Below are positions 30,097 through 40,615 of a stretch of 64,000 nt of DNA, in pieces. The DNA is from an uncultured Candidatus Saccharibacteria bacterium (GTDB lineage Bacteria; Patescibacteriota; Minisyncoccia; Phycocordibacterales; DATDWN01): assembly GCA_964469605.1 (NCBI GenBank), contig CAYXZA010000001.1, positions 71,274 through 135,273 of the forward strand. Reading direction: 5' to 3'. How positions within the stretch are numbered: the stretch's first letter is position 1; every line of letters starts with the position of its first letter. Made by a program: the position numbers and the translations under genes. The notes beneath the pieces were generated by a model that was not told the origin of the DNA, searched no databases, and saw only the letters and a program-made list of their open reading frames with translations.

Positions 30097-31891
30097 TTGA
30101 TTCTGATTTTGCTTTCTGAATAGCCAGTATTTGAGACGGATCAGATGTTATTATTTGATCTTCTGTATATGAAGCAATGATTTTTATTGCCACATGTTTA
30201 AGACCTGCAAAAAATATACCCTCCCCTACACTAGATTCTAGTAAAAGGTATTTTTCTTCGTCAGTAAGGTTAAATGTTTGTTGTAGTTTGTCTATAGATG
30301 TTGGACTTTGTTTCAAAAGAAGTTGAAGTGAAGAGTTTGTGATAATAGGCATACCGTATGGTGATTTTAGGAAATCATCAACATCTTGAGTTATTGTTGC
30401 TAGTCCCAAGAAATATTTTCTACCTCTTTTTGCAAGTGATAGTAAAAACGATGCTGTATCTTCGGATTTCATCATCCACCAAGCCTCGTCTATAACTAAA
30501 AGTCTTTTTCTTAGATCTTTTCTTATTTCAGCCCATATAAAGTGAGTTATGATATACATAGCTATTGGTTTTAATTCATCTTCCATATCTCTTACAGAAA
30601 AGACAATTAGTTTTTTATTTATATCTATGTTTGATGGCCTGTTTATAAAACCAGCCCAAGTTCCTTTTGTGTATTTTGTTAGTCTCTGTGCCAAAGATTC
30701 CCCTCCTTCCATACCAGATAAGACAAGTTCAAAATCTGACAAAAGTGGTGGTTCTATGTTTGTAAAATCTGAATCAGGAGTTATGTCTTTAAGAGCATAA
30801 GTTTCTGTTATTGCTCTGTCTATGATGGCATCTTCTTCTGGACTTAAACCTCCAAGCATTATCCTAAAAAGACCCACAAGGTTTATAATATTGCTTCTAA
30901 GTATATTTGCAAAAGATTCTCCTTCTGTTGGTTTTGGTAGATCAAAAGGGTTTATATGATGTTCTGAGTTTAGAGATATGTTGAAATGTCTTCCTCCAAC
31001 AGCTTCGGCCATATATTGATACTCATTTTCTGGATCAAGAATAATAATATTTGTATCAAACATCAAAGATCTTAGTATTTCTAGTTTTGTTGCATAAGAT
31101 TTTCCAGAACCGGATTTTGCAAATGTTATAGAGTTGTAGTTTTCAAGTGAAAATCTATCAAACAAAACAAGCGATGAGTTGTGTCTGTTTATTCCATACA
31201 GTATACCTTTATCAGATGTTAGGTCAAAAGAGACAAACGGAAAAAGACTTGAAAGTGGTGATGAGTTTAGTTTGCTATAAACAGAAAGTGAATCATTTCC
31301 TGTTGGGATGATTGTTTTAAATGCTTGTTCTTGTTGAAAAAGTGTAGGTTTAACATATACTAATTTGGATTCAAGTATGGATTTTATTTCAGATTCTACT
31401 TTATCGAGTTCACCGTCTGATTCTCCGTATATGGTTATATAAAGTCCAACATTAAATAGTTTTTCTTGTGCTTGTTGCAGTTGATCCCTAAGGTTCTCCA
31501 AATCTTGATATGCTGTATCTAACATAGGGTTTCTAACCAAACCTTTTTGTTCCCTTACCATTATTTGACTTTGAACCTCGGCAACTTTTTTTTGAAAACT
31601 TTTTAATGCTTGTGATGTTTCGATTGGTTCTACATATATAGCAACATCAAAAATTTTATCAAGGTTTATTATTGGTGCAAACCAACTTTCTGCCAAATAT
31701 CTAGGATATGATATAACAAAAAAACTTCTTGCTATTTTTTCACCCAAAAGTAGCTGTTTTGGTGTTATTTGTAAGGCACTAGGAGCCATAATATCTTGAA
31801 GCTCTAATGTTCCAGATTTATATATCTCTTGTGGTAAGAGAGACTCATTTTCCTTTACTTCTTCTTTTTTAAAAAAATCAAATATTGACAT
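30083..31891 (-). CDS. virB4: VirB4-like type IV secretion ATPase
   Basis: AKSGSGKS, LDPENEY, INPFD, VIDEAW, KRGRKY, ITQD. Confidence 0.9.
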   Translation of the reverse strand: MSIFDFFKKEEVKENESLLPQEIYKSGTLELQDIMAPSALQITPKQLLLGEKIARSFFVISYPRYLAESWFAPIINLDKIFDVAIYVEPIETSQALKSFQKKVAEVQSQIMVREQKGLVRNPMLDTAYQDLENLRDQLQQAQEKLFNVGLYITIYGESDGELDKVESEIKSILESKLVYVKPTLFQQEQAFKTIIPTGNDSLSVYSKLNSSPLSSLFPFVSFDLTSDKGILYGINRHNSSLVLFDRFSLENYNSITFAKSGSGKSYATKLEILRSLMFDTNIIILDPENEYQYMAEAVGGRHFNISLNSEHHINPFDLPKPTEGESFANILRSNIINLVGLFRIMLGGLSPEEDAIIDRAITETYALKDITPDSDFTNIEPPLLSDFELVLSGMEGGESLAQRLTKYTKGTWAGFINRPSNIDINKKLIVFSVRDMEDELKPIAMYIITHFIWAEIRKDLRKRLLVIDEAWWMMKSEDTASFLLSLAKRGRKYFLGLATITQDVDDFLKSPYGMPIITNSSLQLLLKQSPTSIDKLQQTFNLTDEEKYLLLESSVGEGIFFAGLKHVAIKIIASYTEDQIITSDPSQILAIQKAKSESNGQQ

Positions 31892-31893
31892 GT

Positions 31894-32532
31894 TTATTGT
31901 GTTTTAATTGGTTTTTCTGTATCCCCTGGATTAAATATCTTATAAAATAATTCTATAAGCTCTTCTGTTCCAAGACTTGCAAGTCTTAGTCCGCATCTTG
32001 ATAATCCTTGTGATACGGAGCTTATTCTTTGTTCTAGTTGAGATTTGTTTTCTTCAAAATTTTCCAACTTTCTCTTAATATCCTCTGCTGTTTCTTTTTT
32101 ACCTATTAGTGATGCTATTTTCATACTTCCACCTTGTATAATTGCTGGATTGTATTCAATAACAACAAAAAAACTTTTAGTCATTATGTTTGTTGATTCT
32201 GTAAAACTTTTTATAAAAGAAATGTATTCTTGTGTTTGTATTTTTAACAAATCATTTACCTGTTCTTTGTATCTTTCTTCTAGTAGTGCTATATACGGTC
32301 TTATATCCAGTCTTCTTGATTGTATATATATCTGCACAGGAAAATCGAGTGAGTTTAAAAAATCTTGAAATTGATAGATTATAGCCTCTCTTTCACCGTC
32401 TGATTTTAAAGAGAAGTTTAAAGATGATACTAGTAAAATAGAACGGATAGATCCGTCTTTTAAAACCAATACTCCGTCACGAACTTCTTTTATTGGTATA
32501 AAATCTTGAGTTGGTTTAGAGCTGTTTGCCAT
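31894..32532 (-). CDS. TraC/TrsD-like VirB4 partner
   Basis: STLNF-like SSLNFSLKS, FLNSLDFPVQI; between prgI-like and virB4-like genes. Confidence 0.65.
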   Translation of the reverse strand: MANSSKPTQDFIPIKEVRDGVLVLKDGSIRSILLVSSLNFSLKSDGEREAIIYQFQDFLNSLDFPVQIYIQSRRLDIRPYIALLEERYKEQVNDLLKIQTQEYISFIKSFTESTNIMTKSFFVVIEYNPAIIQGGSMKIASLIGKKETAEDIKRKLENFEENKSQLEQRISSVSQGLSRCGLRLASLGTEELIELFYKIFNPGDTEKPIKTQ

Positions 32533-32570
32533 AAAAAAATTATAACATATTTATTTTTTTATAAATATGT

Positions 32571-33005
32571 TTACAATTTATTTGATAAATCTTTTTTGTT
32601 TGTATTGTCTTGTTGTTTTATATCAAGACTCCAAGACAGCTCTTTTAACTTACTATCTGAAAGTTTTGGAACATAAATATCATTTGTAGATGTTTTACTT
32701 TGCTGATTTGTTACTATTTCAATTTTATCTTCTTTTTTCCAAACATATAGTTTTTTATTGAGATAAAATTTTACAGCAGACTCCAAAAGATCTTCAAACG
32801 GTTTGTCGTTGAATCTATAAAAAGCTAGTGATAGTGCTAAAACAGTTATTAAAACAAGTGCAATTAGTCCAAATATTGATGGTAATAGCTTATAAAAGAC
32901 AAAACCCATTCCAGCACCTCCTGCTAGGTAAATAAATTGCTTAAATGTTAAATTTGCAATAAGTTTGTCTTCTATCTCTATAAATTGTGGAACTTGAAAT
33001 CTCAT
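32571..33005 (-). CDS. PrgI family (VirB3-like) protein
   Basis: MRFQVPQFIEIEDK..LTFKQF, two TMs, YVWKK. Confidence 0.85.
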   Translation of the reverse strand: MRFQVPQFIEIEDKLIANLTFKQFIYLAGGAGMGFVFYKLLPSIFGLIALVLITVLALSLAFYRFNDKPFEDLLESAVKFYLNKKLYVWKKEDKIEIVTNQQSKTSTNDIYVPKLSDSKLKELSWSLDIKQQDNTNKKDLSNKL

Positions 33006-33014
33006 TTTTTTAAT

Positions 33015-33692
33015 TTATTCTAACGGTTCTCTATAAGGGTCGCTTGTGTATGTTTTTTGAATAAAAGGTTCTTTTGATGTTGTTGTGATGTTGTTTAGTT
33101 TTTGATTGAAATCAAAAGGTTTTGGATTTTCCTGTTTGGTCTCTGGTTTGGTTGTTTGCTGTGTGTTGTTTGTATAAACCGCATCCAATTCCCCATCTTT
33201 TTTTCCAACCTCTTTCAAAATCTCTTGCGGTTTTGTTTCTGTGGTCGGCATATCCTCCTTCTCTACTATCTGATTTTCTTTTTCTGTGAAAATTTCATCT
33301 GTAGGTAGGTTATCTGGTGGAACATCAAGAGAATTGTATACAAAATTTTCATTTTCTGAAACATTTTCTTCTTTTGGTTCTAGTATTTCTTCTATTTTTA
33401 CCAATATTGGTTTTATTATTCTTTCATTTATTTCTTCGTATAACTGGTTTGCAAGAACAGAAGAAATAACCAAATCATCTTTTAATTCATTTTTTAATTC
33501 TTCTATTTCTCCACCACCGATTAAAGTTATCCATATTTGCCTTATCATAGACTCTCTTTGGGTGTTTGATAAAGAGTATTTTAAAGCTATCTGACCTGCT
33601 GTTTGTTGCCATTTTGAAGATGTTAAAATCCTCCTGTTTTCCTCGGGTAATTCTTCTAAATATTGGTTTATAAGTAAATCAAATTCGTTCAT
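33015..33692 (-). CDS. Hypothetical protein of the T4SS-like cluster
   Basis: Helical N-terminus, disordered middle, C-terminal DPYREPLE. Confidence 0.65.
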   Translation of the reverse strand: MNEFDLLINQYLEELPEENRRILTSSKWQQTAGQIALKYSLSNTQRESMIRQIWITLIGGGEIEELKNELKDDLVISSVLANQLYEEINERIIKPILVKIEEILEPKEENVSENENFVYNSLDVPPDNLPTDEIFTEKENQIVEKEDMPTTETKPQEILKEVGKKDGELDAVYTNNTQQTTKPETKQENPKPFDFNQKLNNITTTSKEPFIQKTYTSDPYREPLE

Positions 33693-33697
33693 TTTGT

Positions 33698-36076
33698 TTA
33701 TTTATCTTTTTTACCACTGTCACGAAGTGCATCCTTTGCAGCTTTCCTCAATGCTTTAACTCTATCTTCTGATCTCATAAATACCCTACCTAATCTACCT
33801 GCTCCACTTAGATCATCGGCTTTTTTTGACAAATATCGTTGACCAGGAGTTTCTACACTACTTTTAATAATATTTCCATACCTATCCTTCTCCTCTTTTT
33901 GACCAATAACATTAAGAGCCTCTATTTCTTTTACTGTCAAAAATCTATCGGCAACAGATTTAATTTTTGCTTCTAGTTCTCTATAGCCTGATTCAGCTTT
34001 TGTTTTTGCGATTCTCTGTTCCTCCTCTGTATCTTGAAGTTCTGTTAGCTTAGCTTCTATTTCGTTCATTTTTTCTGCTGTTCGGTATATCTCTATATCT
34101 TGAAGCCTTTGTGTGATTTTAGCTATTTTACTTGTAGTTTCTCTTCTCTTATCTTTTTTCTTTGACAGTGATTGACGAAGTGCTTCTCTTTCTTGTCTTA
34201 TATTAGCTGGCATTAGTATTTCATCATATTTTGAGCTTATTTCATCTATTTGTTTTTGTATTTCCGCTATTTCAGTAGTTTGTTCTATTTCTGTAGCTTT
34301 AGTTTCTTTTAGTGTATCTGGAAGGTCATCCAAATCTTTTTTAATTTTATCAACCTCTCTTTTCTTTTCAAGAGCAGCTCTTCTTGCTGTATTAAAATCA
34401 TCTGTTGCTTTTCTTGCTTTTGCTTTTTCTACTTCAAGTTCAGCAGCACTTTCTTTCCTTAATCGTATAGCTTCAAGTCTTCTAGCTTCATCACCTTCCT
34501 CTTTAGCTTCTTTTAGCTTCTTTTCAGCTTCTTTTTTCTCTTCATCTGTTGGTTCTAGATAATCTCTAGCAAATGCTATATCCCCTTTTGTTCCCATAAT
34601 TCCTGTTCCTAAGATTCCATTTCTTTCAATTCTTCTTTTTTGTTGACCAGCAAATCCACCTTCACCAAACTTACTAAATCCTAAAACATTTCCCGCTTTG
34701 CCAAACTCAATTTCACTATAACTCTCAATATTTTTGGCGGTTGCTGTATTTCGCATATCAAATTGAGTTTCTGATGCCGTTTTCCCTAGTTTAAGCATAT
34801 TTTTTGAAAGAAAACCTTTAAAACCACCACTTTCAGCACTCCTTTTAAGTGAGTCGCTCTCCGATATAGATTTTCCAGCTCTTCCAACTGTATTTGTTAA
34901 AGCTGTGCTATAAGCACCAGCTATGGCACCACCTGCAACCCCACTGCCAAATGCAGTTGCTTTGGATATTGATTCACCTACTATTTTATGTCCTTTTTTT
35001 GCAATCTCTCTTGACTGTTTAAGTGATGTTGTTATTAAACTTATAATCATAATATAGTTTATAAGAACAGAGAGTGTTGATCCTGTTGGTTTTTCCGCAA
35101 TTTTAACAAAATCAGCACCACCATTTTCCGGTTGAAATAAAAATCCAGGAGCACTCATTATGGTAAGTATGACCCAAGTTAAAAGGAAATAAACTATTGG
35201 CCAAGTTGCTTGACCTTGTAGTGTTCCCCAAAATTGTTTGGAATATTTATCGAATGGTTTTATAAAAACAAACCCAATTGGCGATACTGCAAGTAAAACT
35301 ACGAAAGTGATGTATCTGATAATAAACATCATAGATATAACAAAAAATATAACTGCAACTATAAGCATAAGTATTGCTCCCATAACATAGATAGCTATTT
35401 GTTGTCTATTACTGATTAAAACTTTTGCTGAATCTTCTACTGAAGCTATAATTGTTTTTAGGTTTAGAAGAGATGCAAACATATTTGATATGCTTTGTGT
35501 TCCGTTGTTTGTAATAGCATTGTATAAAAATACTGTAAATATGTTTGAGATATCTATGGCAACTTTTGTAATAAATAAACTAAAATTAACCGAAAGAGCG
35601 GTCAATATAATATGGCCTATTGTTTCTGTAACATTTCCACCTAAACCAAAAATTGATTTAAAACCTTCATATAAAAGTAGGAAAATAAAAGAAAGGTTTA
35701 TAAGGTTTCTAATCATATTCCATACTGCTATTATTCCACTGGCTCCATTTTCAATATTTGAAGATATCCACTGATTATTGTTTTCTGATGTTGACCCTAT
35801 TAATGTATATTTCAATACCCAATCAAGAATTCCTCCGGATGCAACCAATATCCAATTTGCTGGTTTGAAGACTAGGAAGTACATAGTTTGGGATGATAAA
35901 AATCCAGGTAAATCTAATAATTTACTTGCGGTTGGTGAACCTTTTGCTGCCATAACCCCATTGGTTATTATTGAACTGATAAATTCAGCCTGGGCATTTG
36001 TATTTTTTGGTTGAATTAAAAAAATATTTGATGCTATGAAAAATATTATGAAAATGTTTTTTAAAAATTTTTTCAT
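33698..36076 (-). CDS. VirB6-like membrane protein with long coiled-coil tail
   Basis: WNMIRNLIN, VNFSLFITKVAIDISN, SPIGF, multiple TMs, charged coiled coil. Confidence 0.7.
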   Translation of the reverse strand: MKKFLKNIFIIFFIASNIFLIQPKNTNAQAEFISSIITNGVMAAKGSPTASKLLDLPGFLSSQTMYFLVFKPANWILVASGGILDWVLKYTLIGSTSENNNQWISSNIENGASGIIAVWNMIRNLINLSFIFLLLYEGFKSIFGLGGNVTETIGHIILTALSVNFSLFITKVAIDISNIFTVFLYNAITNNGTQSISNMFASLLNLKTIIASVEDSAKVLISNRQQIAIYVMGAILMLIVAVIFFVISMMFIIRYITFVVLLAVSPIGFVFIKPFDKYSKQFWGTLQGQATWPIVYFLLTWVILTIMSAPGFLFQPENGGADFVKIAEKPTGSTLSVLINYIMIISLITTSLKQSREIAKKGHKIVGESISKATAFGSGVAGGAIAGAYSTALTNTVGRAGKSISESDSLKRSAESGGFKGFLSKNMLKLGKTASETQFDMRNTATAKNIESYSEIEFGKAGNVLGFSKFGEGGFAGQQKRRIERNGILGTGIMGTKGDIAFARDYLEPTDEEKKEAEKKLKEAKEEGDEARRLEAIRLRKESAAELEVEKAKARKATDDFNTARRAALEKKREVDKIKKDLDDLPDTLKETKATEIEQTTEIAEIQKQIDEISSKYDEILMPANIRQEREALRQSLSKKKDKRRETTSKIAKITQRLQDIEIYRTAEKMNEIEAKLTELQDTEEEQRIAKTKAESGYRELEAKIKSVADRFLTVKEIEALNVIGQKEEKDRYGNIIKSSVETPGQRYLSKKADDLSGAGRLGRVFMRSEDRVKALRKAAKDALRDSGKKDK

Positions 36077-36081
36077 TTTGA

Positions 36082-37533
36082 TTATGGTGTGCAAGGTGTT
36101 CCAGAACCATCGCTTAGAGTTCCGTCAGGGTTACATACAACCTTTTGTCCGTTTCCTGATGGGTCGGTTGCAACACCAAGATTGTATTTTTGTTGAGTAT
36201 TTGCAACTTCTTCATCAACCATTTCATCTATCTGTGTTCTACTGATATAGTTTCCAGGTCTAACATTTCTTATGTCTGTTACATCTGTTGTTACTGTTCC
36301 ATCTGCATTTGTCACTGGTTTTATAAACTCATCTACACCAGCTGGGATGCTGTTATCTATTCTTTCTAGGTTTCTTGCATCTTCTCTTGTCCCAAGCGAA
36401 TCTTCATCTTTGCTTAAAATTTCAGAAAGAAGTGATTTTCTTTCATCTGGTTTTTTCTGTGAGAGTCCACGAAGACCACTTACTGCACCTCCTATTGCTC
36501 TTCTAAACATTTGATTCATAAGGGCACTGGCTATTTCATTTATCTCATCTGCTATTTCTAGTTGGCTTATACTAGAACCCAAAACTTTACCAAGTTGCCC
36601 TTCTATGATTGATCCAGGTGTCACTATCTCCTTTTGATCTTCTGGACAATACTCTTCTGATGGATCATAGATGTCATAAGCTGTTATAGATGTTGTTGCT
36701 GCGGTATTTGCACCTATAAAATTACCATTATCGTCATATGGAGACCCTTGGGCCCCTGTTTCAGCTGGTTTTTGATCAACAGCATTAGGATTAGCTTCAG
36801 TTATTGTTCTCCAGCCACTATGCATACCGTCTTTTTTACATCTTTCAAAAGACATAAATCCCTTTCCCCATCCTTGCTTTTTCTCATTATTTTTTTGGTT
36901 TGATGTTATTTGGGTATAAATAAAATCTTTTGACTGATAAAATGCACCATAAGGGTTATTTTCGTCATTTTGTGTTATTTCAAACCAATCATCCCAATTA
37001 TCCATAGCATTTTCACCTATATTTTCATAATTTTTCTTTATTTTTTCAAAAGTACAAACAGGAGGCCTTGGTCCTTGAAGATATGTTTTTATAAGTGCTA
37101 TTCTAACTTGTAGTTCAAATGGTCTACAAAGTCCTATCAATTGTTTTCCAACAACATTTTCCATAAGTAGATCTCCTTGATTTATAAAAAATCTCTCCGG
37201 GTTTGTTATAAATGCAGGATTTCCTTTAAAACCATTGTTTATCCAGTTGACAGTTTCAGCTGTCATACCTTTCAATATATTTTTTGCCAATACATAAGCT
37301 ATTCCATCAAGGAAGTTATCTTTTCCAACTTGGACAACTTGACCTGTTGCTATAATAGGTTGTGTTCCAAAAGATGTTACCGGTTGTGCTATTGCGCTTA
37401 TGGTGTTTTGAGATAAGTTTGCAGGATCAATAAATACCCAAAAAGCTTCTGTTTTTTTGTTTGGATATATTAAAATAATCACAAGAAAAACAATAAAAAA
37501 TATTTTTTTTCTAAAAAAAGGATTAAAATTCAT
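36082..37533 (-). CDS. Secreted T4SS-associated protein
   Basis: Signal peptide; FIDPANLSQN, VNWINNGFKGNPAFI, NNPYGA, TPGSII, ADEI. Confidence 0.6.
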   Translation of the reverse strand: MNFNPFFRKKIFFIVFLVIILIYPNKKTEAFWVFIDPANLSQNTISAIAQPVTSFGTQPIIATGQVVQVGKDNFLDGIAYVLAKNILKGMTAETVNWINNGFKGNPAFITNPERFFINQGDLLMENVVGKQLIGLCRPFELQVRIALIKTYLQGPRPPVCTFEKIKKNYENIGENAMDNWDDWFEITQNDENNPYGAFYQSKDFIYTQITSNQKNNEKKQGWGKGFMSFERCKKDGMHSGWRTITEANPNAVDQKPAETGAQGSPYDDNGNFIGANTAATTSITAYDIYDPSEEYCPEDQKEIVTPGSIIEGQLGKVLGSSISQLEIADEINEIASALMNQMFRRAIGGAVSGLRGLSQKKPDERKSLLSEILSKDEDSLGTREDARNLERIDNSIPAGVDEFIKPVTNADGTVTTDVTDIRNVRPGNYISRTQIDEMVDEEVANTQQKYNLGVATDPSGNGQKVVCNPDGTLSDGSGTPCTP

Positions 37534-37600
37534 AAAATATATATAAAATTATATAACAATCAATAATTTTTATCATCAAAAACTGTTGAAAACCAAAAAG

Positions 37601-38476
37601 TTATTTTTTTGAAAAATAATCAGACATTTTAATCATAATAATAGATATTTTCTGAGCATTTAACTCATAACTGTTTAGATATATATATGATTTCAATGGA
37701 TCATCCAAGATGTATTTTAAATTTTTAATATCTTCTTTTAGTGAATTTATAGTATTTAGATAAACTAAGTGAAGCCCGACATTATCCTCTGGCACAACTA
37801 CTTTCAGTGTCTCGTCTACCACTTTTTGATATGAGTCTATGATCGGATCAAGTTTTTTCAGTTCGTCTCTGTTACCACTTTTTATGGCATTTTGAGCTAT
37901 TTGCATTTCATTTTCTTGTTTTTTTATTGTAGCTGAGAAAAATGCTGTGTCTATCTCTTTCTCATACTGTTGTTTGGTTTGGTTTTTTGATATTTTTATG
38001 TCGTTTATATCAAACGGAACTGGTTTTGTCATTGCGACATTTTCTGTTGCATTGTTTGCTATTTGGGTTATCTGATCTGCTGTTAAGGATGTGTTGTTTT
38101 GTTTTGCATAAAGATAGTTTGTAAAAAAAGATTTTGCAAAGTTTTCTGTCATTGAGGTGTTTTCCGGCGGATTATCAGATTCTGTATTTTTTTGTGTAAA
38201 AACAAATTGGTCATTTTTCTCATTGCTGTCATCTGTCCCGTCTCCGTCGGTATCTTTTTTATTTGGATCAAATCCTAAAAGAGATTCCTCCCAGTCTTTT
38301 AAACCATCTCCGTCGCTATCTAACTCTGTTTCTCTTGCTATTTGAGTCTTGATCTCGGTTACTTTTGTTTCTTGTTTAAAATTTTGTTGTTTTTTGTATA
38401 TTAGAGTTGAAACAATAACTGCCAAACAGATTATAAAAATGGCTATAACTTTTGAATGAGTGTAAAACATATACAA
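37601..38476 (-). CDS. Membrane-anchored protein with Ca-binding (thrombospondin type 3-like) repeats
   Basis: DSDGDGLKDWEE...DTDGDG. Confidence 0.7.
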   Translation of the reverse strand: MYMFYTHSKVIAIFIICLAVIVSTLIYKKQQNFKQETKVTEIKTQIARETELDSDGDGLKDWEESLLGFDPNKKDTDGDGTDDSNEKNDQFVFTQKNTESDNPPENTSMTENFAKSFFTNYLYAKQNNTSLTADQITQIANNATENVAMTKPVPFDINDIKISKNQTKQQYEKEIDTAFFSATIKKQENEMQIAQNAIKSGNRDELKKLDPIIDSYQKVVDETLKVVVPEDNVGLHLVYLNTINSLKEDIKNLKYILDDPLKSYIYLNSYELNAQKISIIMIKMSDYFSKK

Positions 38477-38532
38477 ATAAATTCTAACATAATATATAAT
38501 GTAAATATACTTATTTTATTAACAATTTTTCT

Positions 38533-40611
38533 ATGAAAAAAATTATTTTATTTATTTTTATTTTGTCTGTGTTTTTTGGTTCGAAAGTTTATTCAGAATC
38601 CTGCACAGGAGATATTTTCGGTAGTGCTGATGCATCTAAAACTTGTGCAGAACTTGCAGAAAAAGAGGCAAGAGACAGAGGTTACTCTGCTAGTTGTTCT
38701 GTCAGCACCCAAGGTGCTCCAAACGGTTCAACTCTGTATTCCCCCGTTTGTACTATAAACGGTGTAGATGGTTTTGGTGCAAATCTTCTTTCTGGTTGGA
38801 ATAGTTCAAATGGAACAGTTGTAAATTCTGGTTGGAATACTCTAAGCACAGAAATGAGAACTTTTAATAATTCTCCTAGGGGTTCTTCTATAACCTCAAC
38901 ACTTTTAGCCACTTCTTCTAGAGCAACAACAACTGACTCTATAAGAGAGATAGAAAGAAGAATCGAACAGATAAGACAGCAAACTTTTTCTGTTTCAAGA
39001 GCAATGTATAAAAATCAACTTGAAGAGTTGGTTAAACAAAATCCAAGTTTAAGGTCAACTGTTGATACGATTTTGTCAAAACCTGCTTTGGGCAGTATTG
39101 GAACACTGGATTTTAATCCAAGTGAGGTTAAAAGAGGAACAACAACAACTTCTTCCTCAACAGGTTCTGGAAAATCTTGCTTTAATTTTTCTAGAAATCT
39201 AAAATCTGGCGATTCTGGAGATGATGTTTCTGCTTTGGCTGATATTTTATACGAAGAAGGTTTGTATAGTGGAAATGATACCAAAACTTTCAATAATGAA
39301 ATACAAGAAGCTGTAAATGATTATCAACTTAAATACAAAGCTGATATTTTAGACAGGGCAGGACTAACTTCACCTACTGGGGTTGTTGGAAATCTAACAA
39401 GAGATCATCTAAATAACAGATGTAGGACAGGTTCAGCTTCAACTGTTGATGATCCTATAACAAATGCTCCTGTAAGCATAGATCCAAATAATATGTTGTT
39501 TAGGTTTGTTAAAATATCTACAAAAGAAAACGGTTGGGTATCTTGGAGAGAGATAGAACTTTATGAAAAGAAGGTTGTATCAACAACTTCACCTGCAACT
39601 GTTGGAACTTGTTATGTTTTACCAAATGGTAGCACAAATTGTAATGGTGGATCTTCTGTTTCAACCACAACTATTGAAACAAAGATCAATATATTGCCTT
39701 CAAAGATTACAGCTCAATCTTTTATATTCTCTGGTAGTCCTGCAGATGTTGCACCTTCAAAAGCTGTTGATGGAAATATTGAGACCGCTTGGAATGCTGG
39801 CGAAACAAATATTCCTTGTAGAACTCCGGGTACAAGGGGCTGTCCTGGTGCTGTAAGGGAAGCTGATTTTGTTATTGATCTAGGAAAGATAAAAAATATT
39901 TCTAGAATCCGTTTGGTTGAAAATGGAGATACTATTACCGAAGTTGCAACTGTTTATGTAAGCAACAATGGCAAAGATTATACAGAGTTAACAAAGTTCA
40001 TCGCCCCTACTGCTGATAGACAAAATTTGGATTTTCCAAAGAAAATAAATCCAAATGCAAAACCGCCAGTTATAGCAGGAGCAGTTGTTTCAAAACAACT
40101 CCCTACTGCTGACAATCCAAATATAAACTCAATAAGATCTGGTATTGTAAACGAGCTTTACAATATGGCCCTGTCCTTACCGGCATCTACTACTGGACAA
40201 GCTGTTTTAAAGTTGAAACCAACAATGTATGGATACTCACCTGCTGGAAACTTCCAATATGTTTGGAGGGTTGAAAATGCAGATTATATAAAAATTGAAA
40301 AGAGTATAGAGGTAGATCCTTCTTTGGGAGTATTAACAGAAACTGAAAGTGGTGGTGGTTGCAAGATTGATAAAGATGCAAGAGATGCCTCTATGTTCCC
40401 AATGCTTGATTCTAGCATATCCAGTTTAAATATGTCCCCACTCGTGTTGTTTGGTTATAGATTTACAAATCCATCTTTGGTTTATGCTCCTATATCAGAG
40501 TATGCAAATACTTGTAATATTGGTAAAAGATACATATCAACTATGACTGCATATAAATCTGATTCAAATAAGGTTGCAACATTTAAGTTTATAATAGAAG
40601 TCAGTAAGTAA
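38533..40611 (+). CDS. Secreted protein with peptidoglycan-binding and discoidin (F5/8C)-like domains
   Basis: RNLKSGDSGDDV...TGVVGNLTR; AVDGNIETAWN...IDLG..VYVSNNG. Confidence 0.75.
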   Translation: MKKIILFIFILSVFFGSKVYSESCTGDIFGSADASKTCAELAEKEARDRGYSASCSVSTQGAPNGSTLYSPVCTINGVDGFGANLLSGWNSSNGTVVNSGWNTLSTEMRTFNNSPRGSSITSTLLATSSRATTTDSIREIERRIEQIRQQTFSVSRAMYKNQLEELVKQNPSLRSTVDTILSKPALGSIGTLDFNPSEVKRGTTTTSSSTGSGKSCFNFSRNLKSGDSGDDVSALADILYEEGLYSGNDTKTFNNEIQEAVNDYQLKYKADILDRAGLTSPTGVVGNLTRDHLNNRCRTGSASTVDDPITNAPVSIDPNNMLFRFVKISTKENGWVSWREIELYEKKVVSTTSPATVGTCYVLPNGSTNCNGGSSVSTTTIETKINILPSKITAQSFIFSGSPADVAPSKAVDGNIETAWNAGETNIPCRTPGTRGCPGAVREADFVIDLGKIKNISRIRLVENGDTITEVATVYVSNNGKDYTELTKFIAPTADRQNLDFPKKINPNAKPPVIAGAVVSKQLPTADNPNINSIRSGIVNELYNMALSLPASTTGQAVLKLKPTMYGYSPAGNFQYVWRVENADYIKIEKSIEVDPSLGVLTETESGGGCKIDKDARDASMFPMLDSSISSLNMSPLVLFGYRFTNPSLVYAPISEYANTCNIGKRYISTMTAYKSDSNKVATFKFIIEVSK

Positions 40612-40615
40612 GAGT

